A program made the translations under genes and the position numbers. From Phoronis australis (taxonomy: Eukaryota > Animalia > Phoronida): a stretch of 64,000 nucleotides of DNA. The notes beneath the pieces were generated by a model. That model saw only the letters and a program-made list of their open reading frames with translations. It was not told the DNA's origin and did not search any database. Location of the stretch: the NCBI GenBank assembly GCA_002633005.1, contig NMRA01000285.1, positions 295,505 to 359,504 of the forward strand, given 5' to 3'. Positions 41,301-53,860 of the stretch are shown here, piece after piece. The number at the start of each line of letters is the position of its first letter. The stretch's first letter is position 1.

Positions 41301-44300
41301 CAGCTGAATCAAAGCCCCAATTGGAACAATGAGAAACAAAAATACTTTCCAGAGTGGGAACTGTGTACTATTCGAACAAAGGACACTGTTCAGCAGTTGA
41401 ATTAACAATTCCTTCTCTGTTGTTAATTTGAAGTGTGTGTGAATGAGTTATGCAGAGACTGGTATATTAGTCTCTCTGCTGTTAGGGTTCATTGTCACAC
41501 TTTCCCTAATTTCTGTGCCTTGCAAAATAAACTTTGGACATTTTGAAATTATCAGACAAAACTGTATTAGATACAAACATAACTATTCTTTGGTTTTCAA
41601 AGCTTAGATTTATTTCTGAATATTTTGTCGTTAGCCCATCTAGAGATTGCCTTCTAGTAAACATGTGTCTAACAGTACTGCGGTGCTTTATTATATGCGA
41701 CGTCCTATATCTCTTAACTTAACAACTGCAGTGCACTGATGTACCAGTTAAACTCATGGTGATTGTTCTGTCAGTCTTTATAACTGCTATGTATTACGTT
41801 ATGATCATTAGCATTTTTCTTTATGCAATTAAAATGGTTTAGACCAAGTGCTGTGATAGTGAATAGTTTGGTGTGCCATTTGCTTTCATTATTGTGTTTG
41901 TAATAGTTATGTTGTTGTACTTTGTAGGAGAGAACCTGTTAGCAATGCTTCAAAACCTCGGCTCATCACCCTATCTTGTGCATCCCGATGAGTATCGTCA
42001 AGGCGATGTTGTGTTCTTTGATGTGATTGGTCTGTTCATGGTTGTCTACCCACAGCGCCTGGGAACTTTGATCAATATGGCTGTATTTCTGGTTTCGTTC
42101 ATCAGCATTGGTGTGAAAGTAAAAGGAACAAATAGAAATGGTAATTCTTAATATTTAACTTTCAAGATTGATTATTTACAAAAGTCATTAATTTATACGT
42201 CTAGAACTTCATATATTTTTTCTTGGTGACTGGTTCATTTAATGATATTTGGCCATTGTGATCAGCCATCAGAAATATTCTGTGGAGAGTAGGTTCTGTA
42301 GACTAAAGGTCAGTTTTGAATTTCACTGGAGTCTGATTGATTGATAGTACATCCGGTTTAACAATTCTTGTTACTATGAGCATGACAGTGCATAAACCCA
42401 ATTTGTTGTGTTGTGTCTAAATATAGATGACATTACACATTGGCTGATGAAGACTTTTTCAAAGAATTTGCATGTAAAGTTGGTTTGGGGTCTGTTTTCA
42501 AGCAATGAGTTTAACAATAACATACATTTTGAAGGGGAACGCAACCACTATTGTTGTCACATTGAAAATACAGATTCCTGGTTTTCTTGAGACATTTTTT
42601 TCGTCTTGGTTGTTTTAACTAGTATCCGTAAAACTTTAGGCTTTACTGTCACACGTAAATGAATGAGCAATTAATTGAACAAAATATGAGAAGTTGTCCA
42701 ATTGAAAGTGACTAGTTACCTGATGACAGCTTGCATTCCAAAACAGGTGTTATGGATCACCCTGCATGAGGTTTTAGGTAACATTCACCATGGAAATAAT
42801 ACCAGCGCTGATGTCTCTCAAACAGTTATTTTTAAATCGTATTTCATTTTGACACTCCTTTATCAGGATTTACTGGAGGAAAATATGTGAAATATCTGTT
42901 CTATGCTGTGCTGTGTCATGTGATCACCTGGGTCATCGTTATGGTTACCGCTCTCCTGTTGGCTGGGTTCCTGACAGTGTGCCACCACCCTCTATCATGG
43001 TATACTCGTAACTGGTTGGTGATTGGTCTATACATCTGTCCATGTGTTCTGTCTGTCATGCTGTTTCATCAGATTATCAAAGACAAATTTTGGAAGGTTT
43101 GTAAAATTTGTATGTTGTTTGTTTCCTTGATTGTTATCCAAAAGGTTGATCTGTTGTGAATATCCCATAATTCCCTGGCTCTGTAATGGACATTCAATAG
43201 TTTCTGTCTGTCTCTGGAAATGCTATTTGGTAATTGCCATTAACGCCGTTTTGAGGATATTGCATTTTGTTCACTATCAACAAAATTTCAAAGCATTTTG
43301 TTGATTTAAGTGAGCTTAGCTTGATTATGTCAGTGGATGGATTATAACAGCTTTTAAGCTTGCCAAAAGGTAGAAATTGTTAGTGTCAAGTTGGTGATTG
43401 CTCCGCATGTTTATATGAATACTATAATTGTTATTTTTATATTTATTATCATTATTATTAAAATCTATTACTATTGAACAAGTCAATTTATGTTTGACAT
43501 GTTGCGAAAGTAATCAGGTGCTCTTTTAAGTTCATTATATGGTACTTTGCTTGCAGGGTCATGACTCCTGGCAGTTGGAAAATCTCTTCTTTGATGCTAG
43601 CCAGTTGGTCTGGTCTTTACTGTTGGTGTATGGGACATACAAAGGGGTGTGCTCCTCATATATTGCCATGTTGCTTGTGTTATTCCCTCATGTACTTAGA
43701 GACCGGCTGCCAAAGCTGCTTGGTATATCTTTTCCAGGTAAGTAACTTGATAGGGTGTTGTTAATGTTCCGGTTGACACCAACCTCAGTGTTTTCATGTT
43801 TAACTAATTTGCTATAAATTTGAGAAATCAGAAAATGGTTTTTGCATTCACATTGTCCTTTTATTAAGATTCCAAACAATTAATTGTAATTAATTTCTGT
43901 TCAAGTAAAACGTATTAAGAATTTGATGACTGTCTAGGAAGAGGAAACAAGCCTGTGAAGAACGGGATCTTTCTAACATCAAAACATGGTGCATAGCCAC
44001 CTTAAATTCCTGTCTACATCTGTGCTCATCCCTCGTCCTCTCCAGGAAGTATTGCCTAACTTGATGACTTCATGCAAGGAAGGACTGATGATTATTTTCA
44101 TATGACCTCCAGTTTTACAGTATTTATCCCCTTTTCAATACAGTACTACTAGCAGACAAATTAACAAAAAAAAAATGAAAATTCTCAAAAGAATGAGCCT
44201 TCAGTTGGCAAAATTGGCAAAATATGTCATAATGTATCTTTATTCCTAATATCCTGACCATGGGTCTCATTGCAAACATTCTCGTGCAAGGCATGCCTGT

Positions 44301-47300
44301 TGCAAAAATGCCCTGTAATAACCAAGACTAAAAACGATAGAAGTCTCGGGGCAACTGAAGCCTTGCAGGCATTCACATTAGAATGGGGTAAAAGTCTTGT
44401 TACCTGTTGGCGGATTTTTGAATTTAAAAAATGGTTGAGACTAATTGTAACATAATGAGCTCAGTGTTCACTATTTGTTCATACTGACTGTCAGCTGTAA
44501 TTAATTATAGCTACCAACATTATATCTATAATGCATGTTAGTAGTTGTGTAGCCTCAGTCACGCTTTGTACAACATACTGTTCAGTTCGTTTAATAGAAA
44601 CTGATTACTTTTATTAGAAACTAGTCTCTGTTGCCTTCATCTTATCAGTAAACAAAATATTACACTAATTTTCAGTGGCGGATCTAGGATATCACAAGGG
44701 GGGGGCCCCAACATTTTGTCCGGCTGTAAGCATTTGCGCAAACTGAACCACGATTGTAGATGCGCATAGCACCGAATGGGGGGAGGTCGGGAGGGGGGTT
44801 TGCCCCCCTCCCGCCCAGGAAATTTTTCTGTTTTTACNNNNNNNNNNNNNNNNNNNNNNNNNNNNNNNNNNNNNNNNNNNNNNNNNNNNNNNNNNNNNNN
44901 NNNNNNNNNNNNNNNNNNNNNNNNNNNNNNNNNNNNNNNNNNNNNNNNNNNNNNNNNNNNNNNNNNNNNNNNNNNNNNNNNNNNNNNNNNNNNNNNNNNN
45001 NNNNNNNNNNNNNNNNNNNNNNNNNNNNNNNNNNNNNNNNNNNNNNNNNNNNNNNNNNNNNNNNNNNNNNNNNNNNNNNNNNNNNNNNNNNNNNNNNNNN
45101 NNNNNNNNNNNNNNNNNNNNNNNNNNNNNNNNNNNNNNNNNNNNNNNNNNNNNNNNNNNNNNNNNNNNNNNNNNNNNNNNNNNNNNNNNNNNNNNNNNNN
45201 NNNNNNNNNNNNNNNNNNNNNNNNNNNNNNNNNNNNNNNNNNNNNNNNNNNNNNNNNNNNNNNNNNNNNNNNNNNNNNNNNNNNNNNNNNNNNNNNNNNN
45301 NNNNNNNNNNNNNNNNNNNNNNNNNNNNNNNNNNNNNNNNNNNNNNNNNNNNNNNNNNNNNNNNNNNNNNNNNNNNNNNNNNNNNNNNNNNNNNNNNNNN
45401 NNNNNNNNNNNNNNNNNNNNNNNNNNNNNNNNNNNNNNNNNNNNNNNNNNNNNNNNNNNNNNNNNNNNNNNNNNNNNNNNNNNNNNNNNNNNNNNNNNNN
45501 NNNNNNNNNNNNNNNNNNNNNNNNNNNNNNNNNNNNNNNNNNNNNNNNNNNNNNNNNNNCCCCCCCCCCCTAAATCCGCCTATGATTTTAATCACAAGTT
45601 CAAATTCGCGTCTTGAAAATAACTTTCTACTGCTCACAAAAAGCAAGAACTTGACACTTGATGTGCTAGGATTAGAAGGACCTGGGTTTGGTTTGCAACC
45701 TTACTACCTACAATCTTCAGCACAGACATGGATTAGGCACCGTCACCAATGCACTTGATGGTGGTGCTGTGATCGTTAACACCTCCTTACAGAGAATATG
45801 CTGCTTGAGGTCACTTAAATATAATTCACATACAAGACAAAAACATACCAAATCTTAACTTACCATGCTTCGTTTTTCAGAAAATCGAACTGCATTTCTC
45901 ACATGTCATCTTGGCAGTCTCTTCATACCGTCGGTGATGTCCATCTACCCATTATACGGTGTATTTGTTCTATTCATGCCTGTCATGGGCAGGATAGGAA
46001 CAGAAGTAGTTCCTGATCTACCCATAGGTGGTGCTGCTGGATTTGCTGTGGTTGTTTGTGTTGGTTACCAGGTGAGCTACTATTAAACTCCTTGAATTAC
46101 ACACTCTGAATGAACTGAATTATTGTAATTTGATTTTGCAATATTTATTATTATATAGTCATTTCACAATCCTAATGCACATACTCAGAAGCACATGAGA
46201 CTTAAAGTGAGTACAATCAAAAGGGTATCGTTTTCTGTTCTGTTAGACGAGAGCGTCTGCTTGAATGACAAAATATCTGTAAAACTGACTATGCAGTGAG
46301 TAGATGCGGTTGTTGTGCGTTTGGTTGCAGACGTCAACCTCAGCATAGGGCCCAGCACACAACACGGCCGGGTCCTACCTTGGGAGTTCAACACCTGTGG
46401 ATGATGTAGGCATTCAGGTTGTGTCCCTGTAATGAAACTGCTTTACTGATTTACATTTTGATTGATAAGTGTACTAAACATTATGTGTGGAAATGGTTAC
46501 ACGTTTTGTTGCATAATAGATGTATTGCTAGGATTTTGAGTGACGGCTTAACTGACCATTTAGAACTCAGCATTCTTGACACACCTTCGTTTCCAAGCCG
46601 CCATTTTACCCAACAAACAACACGTTGCTGGGTAAAACTTATTGTTTATTAGTTGACATTACGCAAGGGGGTGGAGCTTGCAATAGGTCAATTCTTTGTT
46701 GTCTGCAATTATAGATATTGTTGATGTTAACTTGAGTAGGGGGCAGCTGCTTGCCACGACACTTCTGAGACATTTTGAACAAGTTAGTTTGTTGTCGAAT
46801 GCATCAAAGGAACAATAACACTATGGTGAGGTTGAAATACATGATGCACTTACATTTAATTAGTGTCAAACTTATCTTCATGATAATCTCGGTTGTGCAA
46901 TTATGAAACATGACAATCCCATGTGCACATGCCAGACAAAATGACTGAGACTCGCTTGGTCAATGTTATATCATGGATTTGGAAAAAAAATTTGAGTTGC
47001 CCTCAAGCAACGCAAAATCAAAATCTATTTTTAAAACACTTTCCAAATATTTGCATATACTAACTATATTTATCTAGCTATAACACGTTTTTTCCTTGGC
47101 CTTAGAAAGTAAGTATGCTATTTTTTGCGAATGTGCCCAAGTGCTAAAGAAAGCTGGGTGTTTTAAATTGCCAACAGCATAAAAAATAAAAAGGCCTGGA
47201 AATAACTGATGAAGATTTGGGCACATACTGTAGTTGAAGTTGTTTCAAATGATTTGCACACTTGGCATATAAAATGTGCATACAAAAATGCCAAGGGTAA

Positions 47301-50300
47301 TAATGAAAGAACAATTACTTCATGTATGCAAGATGGTTAACTTTTATTACATAAACGGTTTAATCTGACAAAATTTTAATGATTTTTAAAATGAGAGTCT
47401 GTTAAAATTATCAGAAGCCTGTTTAACATTTAATGCATAGACTTGTGTTGAAATTGTGTTACTGAGATACACTAACTAGCAACAACAAGTTGTGTATGAG
47501 AGAATTGATGTTTAATTGTTACTGAAAGAGTCTCTCACCTGCCAACGCTTTTAGAGACCAGGCGGCTGCAGCATAATCAGTGGTTGACCACAACAATCTA
47601 CGCAAAACTTACGATTTTTTATACAATGGCTAGTTTGTCTTTAATATATTTATTTCAAATATTTAAGACCAAAGGCCAACAGCAGAATTTATAACAAAAT
47701 AATAATACTGCATACATTGTACAGTTAAAATATTTCATTATAGATCGATGATCTCATGCAAGTCTTATAGCTTGGAGCCTGTTATTCATCCACCACTCTG
47801 CTTGACACTTGTTGATAAGTGCAGCTGATATCCAAACTCGTGCTTTCCACAGTTGCGATGCCCCTTGGATTTTTTCTCTCACAGTTATTGCGTGATTTGA
47901 CCTCTGTAAGGCCAATTTGCCTAATATAATTTGTACAGACTTCGAGGCTGAAAATGGGACGTTTGAAATTAATTTTTAACCAGCAGCAAATATGTTGTGC
48001 AAAAGCATGTTCTGCCACCCTTTGCCTTTCTGTGTCCACTTTTAACTGAATGCATTGAAAGAAAGTGAATTTGGAGTATTTTAAAAATGTGTTGAGGATG
48101 CTAACAGAAAGTAGTGGTCAGCATCTATGGGGCTTTCTTGGTTAAAAAGTAATTAAAATACACGTATAACTTTATGTCTCTGATGACTTTTTCTGTCTAT
48201 TTTTAGGTTGGTCTGCTCTACGTCACCAGTGATCTCAAACTCATATGTCGTCTGCTGTCATTACTGACTGTCATAACATACCTAATGGTCTTCTTCACAC
48301 CTGTTGGGTTCCCTTACAATGGAGACCCCAGATCACCTTCACCTCAAAGACATATATTCCATGTAAGTAGGACAGGTTATAGCTGAGCTGCAGTCCGTAG
48401 AGTAAGATTCTTGTATGAAAAGCAAGATCACGTAAAGTCACGTGAGTGAAAAGCATGGGTCTCAAGTTTACTTAGTTACATAACAAAGTGGCTGCAACTG
48501 ATTAGTGACTGAATGATGAATTATGAGAAAAAATTCACGGTTTTCATTACCGAGACAAAAAATTCTCACTTCAAGCGCCTTGTGAATGTCTTGCATTACT
48601 TAAAAAGTAATTTCAAGTCCCCTAATTTCAAGTCTCCTGTCAATATCAAATTTCAAAACACGATTTTCCATATTTTGTTTCTGTCCTTTTTTACAGCATA
48701 CTGATAGAATATTCCATGATATTAAGAACAACACCGTCATGTCCGACTCTGGTCTATGGCTCATACCTTTTGACTACAATGGCATCTCCAAGCTGCCCAT
48801 TGATGACATTCCTGGTCTAAAGGGGGCGCAGCTGGTAGGCTGTGAAGACAGACCATATTGTGGACTACCTTACTACTTTCCCATGGTGACCCTCATGAAG
48901 TAAGCCATTTATCAATGCTGTGGACACCGCAATGACTTTGTTGAGGTGTCATACATTTCAGGAAATAGGATTGTCAGAGTATAGTCTGACAGTATTTTTA
49001 GTTGTATTGTTTTGTTTTGTTATTCTGTTTGATTGGCATGACCCCTGAGTTAAGTACAGTGATGATGTAATTTGTTTACAACAAAACTGTGGAACTTTCT
49101 GGAAGACTGAAGTCAGAACAGTGATGATGTAATTTGTTTACTACAGTATAGTGTGGAACTTTCTAGAAAACTCTAGCATGACAGTGATATTAATGCAGTC
49201 TGGAATATTCTAGAGACTAGTATATGTTTGTAGAATGATTGGGTAGATTCAGGAAAGTTCTAGAATGTGCTTGAATTGATGTAAAGTTCTAGAACAATGC
49301 ATTAGGCTATAAACAAACAAGCACAGGTTTGTGTTAGTCAGATCAAGTCAGTTCAAGAGAGATCAAGTCAGTTCAAGAAAGTCAATCAGGAGAACTACAG
49401 TTGAGTTGCAGTGAAGAGAATCAGCAGTTACAGCGATAGTCAATAGAGAGCCAGCTATAGAGACAGCAGGTTATTGAATAGACAAGTGTAACAGTTGCTG
49501 GACGTGTCTCAGAAGTTCATCACAAGTCAAGGATTCGCAGCAGTGGCTGGAGCATAAACAGACATTACGTCGGACGATTTGTTTGAGTAGGCTTGTGAAT
49601 ATACGGTCGGGATTAATAAAGGATTAACTCGAACCAGTCTTCAATCAATCGTCGCACCGAAAGCTATTAGCACCGGTCTGTAACAACCTGCGCCCACCCA
49701 CACACGGGGAAAAACGTGACAAGGATCAAGATTAAATTCCTTAAATTATGATTTGAGAAGTGTCACATAGTTCATGATAGATAAATCTCTTCACACCAAC
49801 GTGGTAATTCACCTGTTGTAAGGCATTTTAGATTTGGGCCACGTAATATCATGGACAGACAACAACCTCAATCAGTCCATGTCTGTTCATTTGTGTGTAA
49901 CGGCTGCAGCAACAGTGCCTGCAATCCAGGATTCTTATTGGCTTAGTATGTGTTTGACGTCCGGAGGTTGTCCAGTATTAGAAGAGACTTGAAGGGATGC
50001 ACGTTTGATTGCAGTTTTATGTGCTTATTATCTTAATATAATTATAAAACACCTAAAAGTCCGAGTCTGTGCCATTAAATCATGATCAATTGTGTTATAA
50101 TTGTTATTATATTTTATATCAGTTGTGATTATATTTCTTGTCTCTAAGTGTTTTTATTGGAATGTTTGAAATATTCATTTTCTTGGAAACCTCAGTGGTG
50201 GCAGTTAATAACAAGTACTGGAGTTCATACATCAGCTTGTTGCTCTTTGTGATTATTTGTACTCATTTTTTAAAGATAGTTGAATTTATTGCAATATAAT

Positions 50301-51739
50301 GATGTGATGGATATTAAAACAACAATGAAGGTAAATGTGAGGAATGTAAACGTGAACTTTATAAAGTGTTAAACTCTGTGCGTTCCCAAATACTAGCTCT
50401 TAATAATTACAGAGACGTGCTTCATATCACGGGGCCCAAGCTGAATCCACAGCCAAGTGTGAAGCTGGTCAATGTAGAGAGACGTCACTTAGAACATGAT
50501 GTTCAGAGACTTACCTTCACAATCACAGGTAGGCGCAAGACAGTAGGTATTTGTTTGATGTTTGTATAGAATGCCAAATATAGCCACACAGTATTATTAG
50601 ATCAAGGTAAAAACTTAAGTCATCATCTTTAGACTGCAACAGACTAAGTTTGCAGCACAGAAATAGCTGTAGAGTATCAATTCCACTCTGTAGTGTGATC
50701 GTATAAGATTAGGAATGATAACATGCCTATTAAAAAATCTAACCGACTGAGTGTCTTTCTCCAATGAAAACCCTTCTAGTGAAATTGAGTCTGTATGTCT
50801 AGATTTCTCGACTAAGATGAAAGTTCATGAATCATTTTGAAACATTAAAAATTGTTGAGAAGAGGTGTTTTGTGTCTTGTTATTTGTTCATATTTTGTTC
50901 ACATTTTTGTATATTTGTTCACTTTCAGGTCCAAGTCACATTAATGCGTACATAGTACCAAAGAACAAAGTCAGTCTTCTTGGGTGGTCGCTTGGTGATG
51001 GAACACCCATGTCATGTGACATGCCTCCCGAAGTTACCAGGGAGACATATTTTGTATTTTACTCCTACGGGGGTTCACCAGCAAAGCCATGGCAATTCTG
51101 GATAGATTTACAGGTAAGCATTATAACTTTGTACTTGTATCAAGGTAAATTTTCTCCTTACCATGTAAATTTCTAACCATGCTTCCCAACTACACAAAAT
51201 AAATAATTTTGAAGCCTTTCCATACTACGTAATTATGACAAAAATAATTTCAATCTCCAAGCAAATTATTCATGATATTTACAGGTGAAAAAGCATATCC
51301 AAGTGTTAACAATTTTGACAGGATTCTCCAACTCTTCCAAACTTAGATTGAGTAAAATCAATCTCAGGTGATAACTTTATTAAAATTATTTATAATGTCA
51401 GAAACCAGTAGCTATCATGTCATGTATTACTGACAGTTAATAAGCCTGTGTTGCACATTCCATATTTGGTTTATTAGTTGGAAGGAAATGTGTTTTAAAT
51501 TGTTCATAGTTACTGTAGTTTACATCATCATGCAAGTTATCCATCTTTCCATTCGTTTCCTTGTCATTCAGGTTCCCAAAGGTATTGGCGAGGAGGGTAT
51601 TGTCGACTTTGCCCTCGGAGGTCACTACACACACGGCCATTACAAGTTGAGCCCGTTCTCTGAAAGCATCATCAACAAGTTCCCAAACTGGACCATGCCT
51701 ATTGGCTGGTCTGCCACGTACGAGTCATGGGTGTTGTGA
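34833..51739 (+). CDS. ERMP1: Endoplasmic reticulum metallopeptidase 1 (M28 family, FXNA-like); join(34833..35379,36800..36927,38754..39006,39590..39682,41928..42140,42867..43096,43557..43737,45881..46071,48207..48362,48697..48899,50413..50528,50929..51113,51572..51739), 2664 nt, about 887 aa
   Basis: All 12 introns are GT-AG with compatible phases and the spliced frame is open. M28 motifs [32 protein letters not shown] and YHS are present, followed by a multi-pass TM region and the typical C-terminal lumenal domain ([18 protein letters not shown]). Confidence 0.96.
36800..36927 (+). CDS. ERMP1: ERMP1 exon 2 (GASDD...NGAEENVLQ)
   Basis: ctcag| acceptor, cag|gttgct donor; zinc-ligand Asp and catalytic EE. 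Confidence 0.95.
37613..37685 (+). repeat. 36-bp tandem duplication in ERMP1 intron 2
   Basis: tccgttctgtaaccct(a)(t/c)cctctccactggagatac twice. Confidence 0.9.
38754..39006 (+). CDS. ERMP1: ERMP1 exon 3 ([11 protein letters not shown]...NLEAAGAGG...[15 protein letters not shown])
   Basis: tttacag| acceptor, g|gtgagc donor; strongly conserved ERMP1 motif. Confidence 0.96.
39590..39682 (+). CDS. ERMP1: ERMP1 exon 4 ([18 protein letters not shown]...QRG)
   Basis: 93-bp exon absent from the ORF track; tttcag| acceptor, g|gtaggc donor; contains the final zinc-ligand His. Confidence 0.94.
39756..40908 (-). mobile_element. Internally deleted piggyBac element in ERMP1 intron 4
   Basis: TTAA|CCCTTATCCT...AGGATAAGGG|TTAA. 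The minus strand at about 40207-40325 encodes frameshifted RYFCDFC / [18 protein letters not shown], the Cys-rich C-terminus of piggyBac (PGBD4-type) transposases. Confidence 0.88.
41928..42140 (+). CDS. ERMP1: ERMP1 exon 5 (GENLLAML...VFFDVIGLF...YP)
   Basis: tttgtag| acceptor, g|gtaatt donor; in frame. Confidence 0.93.
42867..43096 (+). CDS. ERMP1: ERMP1 exon 6 (TM helices, [17 protein letters not shown])
   Basis: tatcag| acceptor, aag|gtttgt donor. Confidence 0.9.
43557..43737 (+). CDS. ERMP1: ERMP1 exon 7 (TM helices)
   Basis: ttgcag| acceptor, g|gtaagt donor. Confidence 0.9.
44673..45584. mobile_element. MITE of the same CAGTGGCGGAT class in ERMP1 intron 7, spanning the gap; 5-bp TSD ATTTT
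   Basis: Left end cagtggcggatctagg, right end ctaaatccgcctatg; atttt on both flanks. A related end lies at about 6714-6760. Confidence 0.7.
44838..45559. other. Assembly gap (N run)
   Basis: Run of N. Confidence 1.
45881..46071 (+). CDS. ERMP1: ERMP1 exon 8 (FMPVMGRIG...PD)
   Basis: tttttcag| acceptor, cag|gtgagc donor; conserved P-x-x-GR-x-G motif. Confidence 0.92.
48207..48362 (+). CDS. ERMP1: ERMP1 exon 9 (last TM, GFPYNGD...PSPQRHIFH)
   Basis: 156-bp exon absent from the ORF track; ttttag| acceptor, |gtaagt donor. Confidence 0.91.
48697..48899 (+). CDS. ERMP1: ERMP1 exon 10 (HTDRIFHD...DSGLW...YCGLPYYFP)
   Basis: ttacag| acceptor, aa|gtaagc donor (phase 2). Confidence 0.92.
48947..49721 (+). 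mobile_element. Solo-LTR-like element in ERMP1 intron 10
   Basis: TGTCA...TGACA termini; internal direct repeats (49056-49141, 49341-49378); TATAAA 49308-49313; AATAAA 49615-49620. TSD only partial (agg). Confidence 0.7.
49091..49313 (+). promoter_or_regulatory. Cluster of five heat-shock elements (alternating nGAAn) followed by a TATA box
   Basis: GAActTTCtgGAA (49092), GAActTTCtaGAAaaCTC (49156), GAAtaTTCtaGAG (49203), TTCagGAAagTTCtaGAA (49248), TTCtaGAA (49287), TATAAA (49308). Confidence 0.7.
50413..50528 (+). CDS. ERMP1: ERMP1 exon 11
   Basis: ttacag| acceptor phase-matched to exon 10; g|gtaggc donor; RLTFTITG motif. Confidence 0.88.
50929..51113 (+). CDS. ERMP1: ERMP1 exon 12 (GPSHINAY...YFVFYSYG...WQFWIDLQ)
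   Basis: tttcag| acceptor, cag|gtaagc donor. Confidence 0.93.
51572..51739 (+). CDS. ERMP1: ERMP1 last coding exon (...[20 protein letters not shown])
   Basis: cattcag| acceptor; TGA stop; typical ERMP1 C-terminus. Confidence 0.93.
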   Translation, partial: VPKGIGEEGIVDFALGGHYTHGHYKLSPFSESIINKFPNWTMPIGWSATYESWVL

Positions 51740-52718
51740 AGAGACCATTACGACCAAAACTTTGATAACAAATTGCATCATATATTTATAGTGACCAATG
51801 CCATGTTTTGTTAATTTCAGTCTGTGTTTTTTGTACATTTGTTTGTCACTGTCCATAGTAAAGACTCAGTGGCTACTTTTTAGACTGATGATTGACCCTG
51901 TTGCCTCGAATCATGCGGTCACCTTGGCATGCACAGCTCAGGAACTGCCACTGTATTTTAGCTAGTGGAAATACAGTTATATTATTTACCATAATGATAC
52001 TCTTTTTAGTCAAAAAAATGGGTTATTGCCGCACAAATGAAAATGTTCATATTGATTCAACATTAAGCCATCATCAGGTAACAAACAATAAGACATCAAG
52101 TGTCGATATACCAGTCAGGTTTCATCCTTGAAGTGAAATGAATGAGGCAACAAGACAGGAAATAGTAAATAGGTCATCACCATAGCTGCAGGGTAACTGA
52201 ATCCTGCATGTTATTCAGAGAATCAGTAGCATGTTGGTCCTGAATGGCCAATAACTCTTTAATGTAGAGTAATTCCATTAGGTTCTTTTCAAATTATACT
52301 GACTGAATTAGCTTGGTTGTTATTTACACAATGCCTATAGACGTTGCTTTTGTCCGAGGTGAAGATGTTCTCTCAATCCATGACAGAGGCGCCTCTGTGT
52401 GAGTTCGATATAGAATTCATTGCAATTATCTGTTTTTTGATCCTATTATGGCAAAAAAATGAATGTAAGTCATTTTAATCATGGACTGAAATTAGAGCAC
52501 TGATCAAAGGAGGATTTTGGCTCCAGTTGGAACCCATATTGTATGTGATACATTGTTTACATGGTCACCATTGGTTTTTTAAGCATTGCTGGTTGCCCAA
52601 AGTTTGTCTTAAAGTTCTTCATTTGCAGACTTGTCATCTTATTACCGTTCTGTTTATGTCATACCGTTTTTATTTACAGAATCGTCTTCTTGTTGCCGTC
52701 TTGTTTATTTAAGTCATG

Positions 52719-53860
52719 TGTGGTGCCATCTTGAACTATACATGGCAGCCAATGAGTTGTTAGACTTCACCTGCTCTCCCCGCCTCCGGTCAGGCTAGAC
52801 GTGACTGTAACCGCAGACAAACCAGACAGTCGGGCGTTAATCGACCAAGACAGCTGGTGTGAGCATAAGCGTGACTACCCAGAATTTACCTTCAGTCGGG
52901 GGGGGGGGGGGGGGGGGNNNNNGGGGAGGAACGGCCCATGAGTGAGCACTGAGACAAATATGAGTTTCCCTGTCTTTTCTACAGTCTGGGCAATCGCATC
53001 TTACTGTGCAATCCTCAGTCATTTAGCACAACTATGACAAAGTACTGTGTCGCATTTTGATTGAGAATTCTCAGCATTATAATCGTCTTTACTAAAGACA
53101 CTATATTAAACAAGTAAGCATGTTTGTAGCATGCCTGCAACAAAAGGGGTGGTTTGAGGGAAAACACCATAACGATCATCCCCTCATTTTGGGAAAAAAC
53201 AAAACTCCTTCTGGAGGTGAGAAGCAGAAATATGCCAACCAGGGGAATTGGTGCACTCCTGCAGTGAATTTTTCATTGAGTGGCCAAGGAACATTGAAGT
53301 CTGCCAGCAAGGTACAAAATTGATGTCATTTTTATTATCCTGGCACACCATCATGGTTACCACAGCCACTGAAGACGTGAGGAAAGTGTGATGAAGGCGT
53401 GGAGATTAACCGTGAGGGAGGCATTAACCAAATGGGACATAAGCGTGAGGGCTCCCTGGAGAGTAAACGCGAAACCGTGAATGATTTATCTCACATCTGC
53501 ATTCCAGTTGCTCTCCAGTCTAGATAGCTACGAGGTAGACCAGATGAAGTCTAATGACTCAGTGGCTGTTCTGTATTCTGTTGTTGTCCGGAATAGACCT
53601 GCTTGTTACTTTTACGCGATAGATTAGTTTTTTTTTGCTAGTTTCACTCTGATACATGAATTTAGTCTAATTTGCATTTTAGGCTTTAAACCTAATGCTG
53701 TGTTAGGCTTTAATCGCAACACAGCTGTTTTGTAGTAATAAAACCACCAACTGTGACTTCTGCTTTAGAGCTGAAGATGAACCTTCATCAACTGACGACT
53801 TCAAATTGTACATGTTCACGCCTACAACCCTGTTTGGCTAATTGGCTTTTACAAACCACA
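52719..53860 (+). mobile_element. Possible second LTR-like insertion downstream of the ERMP1 stop
   Basis: TGTGGT...ACCACA candidate termini, locally CpG-richer than the flanks, AATAAA at 53737-53742; no TSD found. Confidence 0.35.

Noticed and set aside
44760-45758. Long ORFs of 265-332 aa
   Set aside because: Artefacts of translating through the N gap.
46185-46460. Possible intronic snoRNA in ERMP1 intron 8
   Set aside because: C box imperfect (ATGATGT), no terminal stem or recognisable guide.
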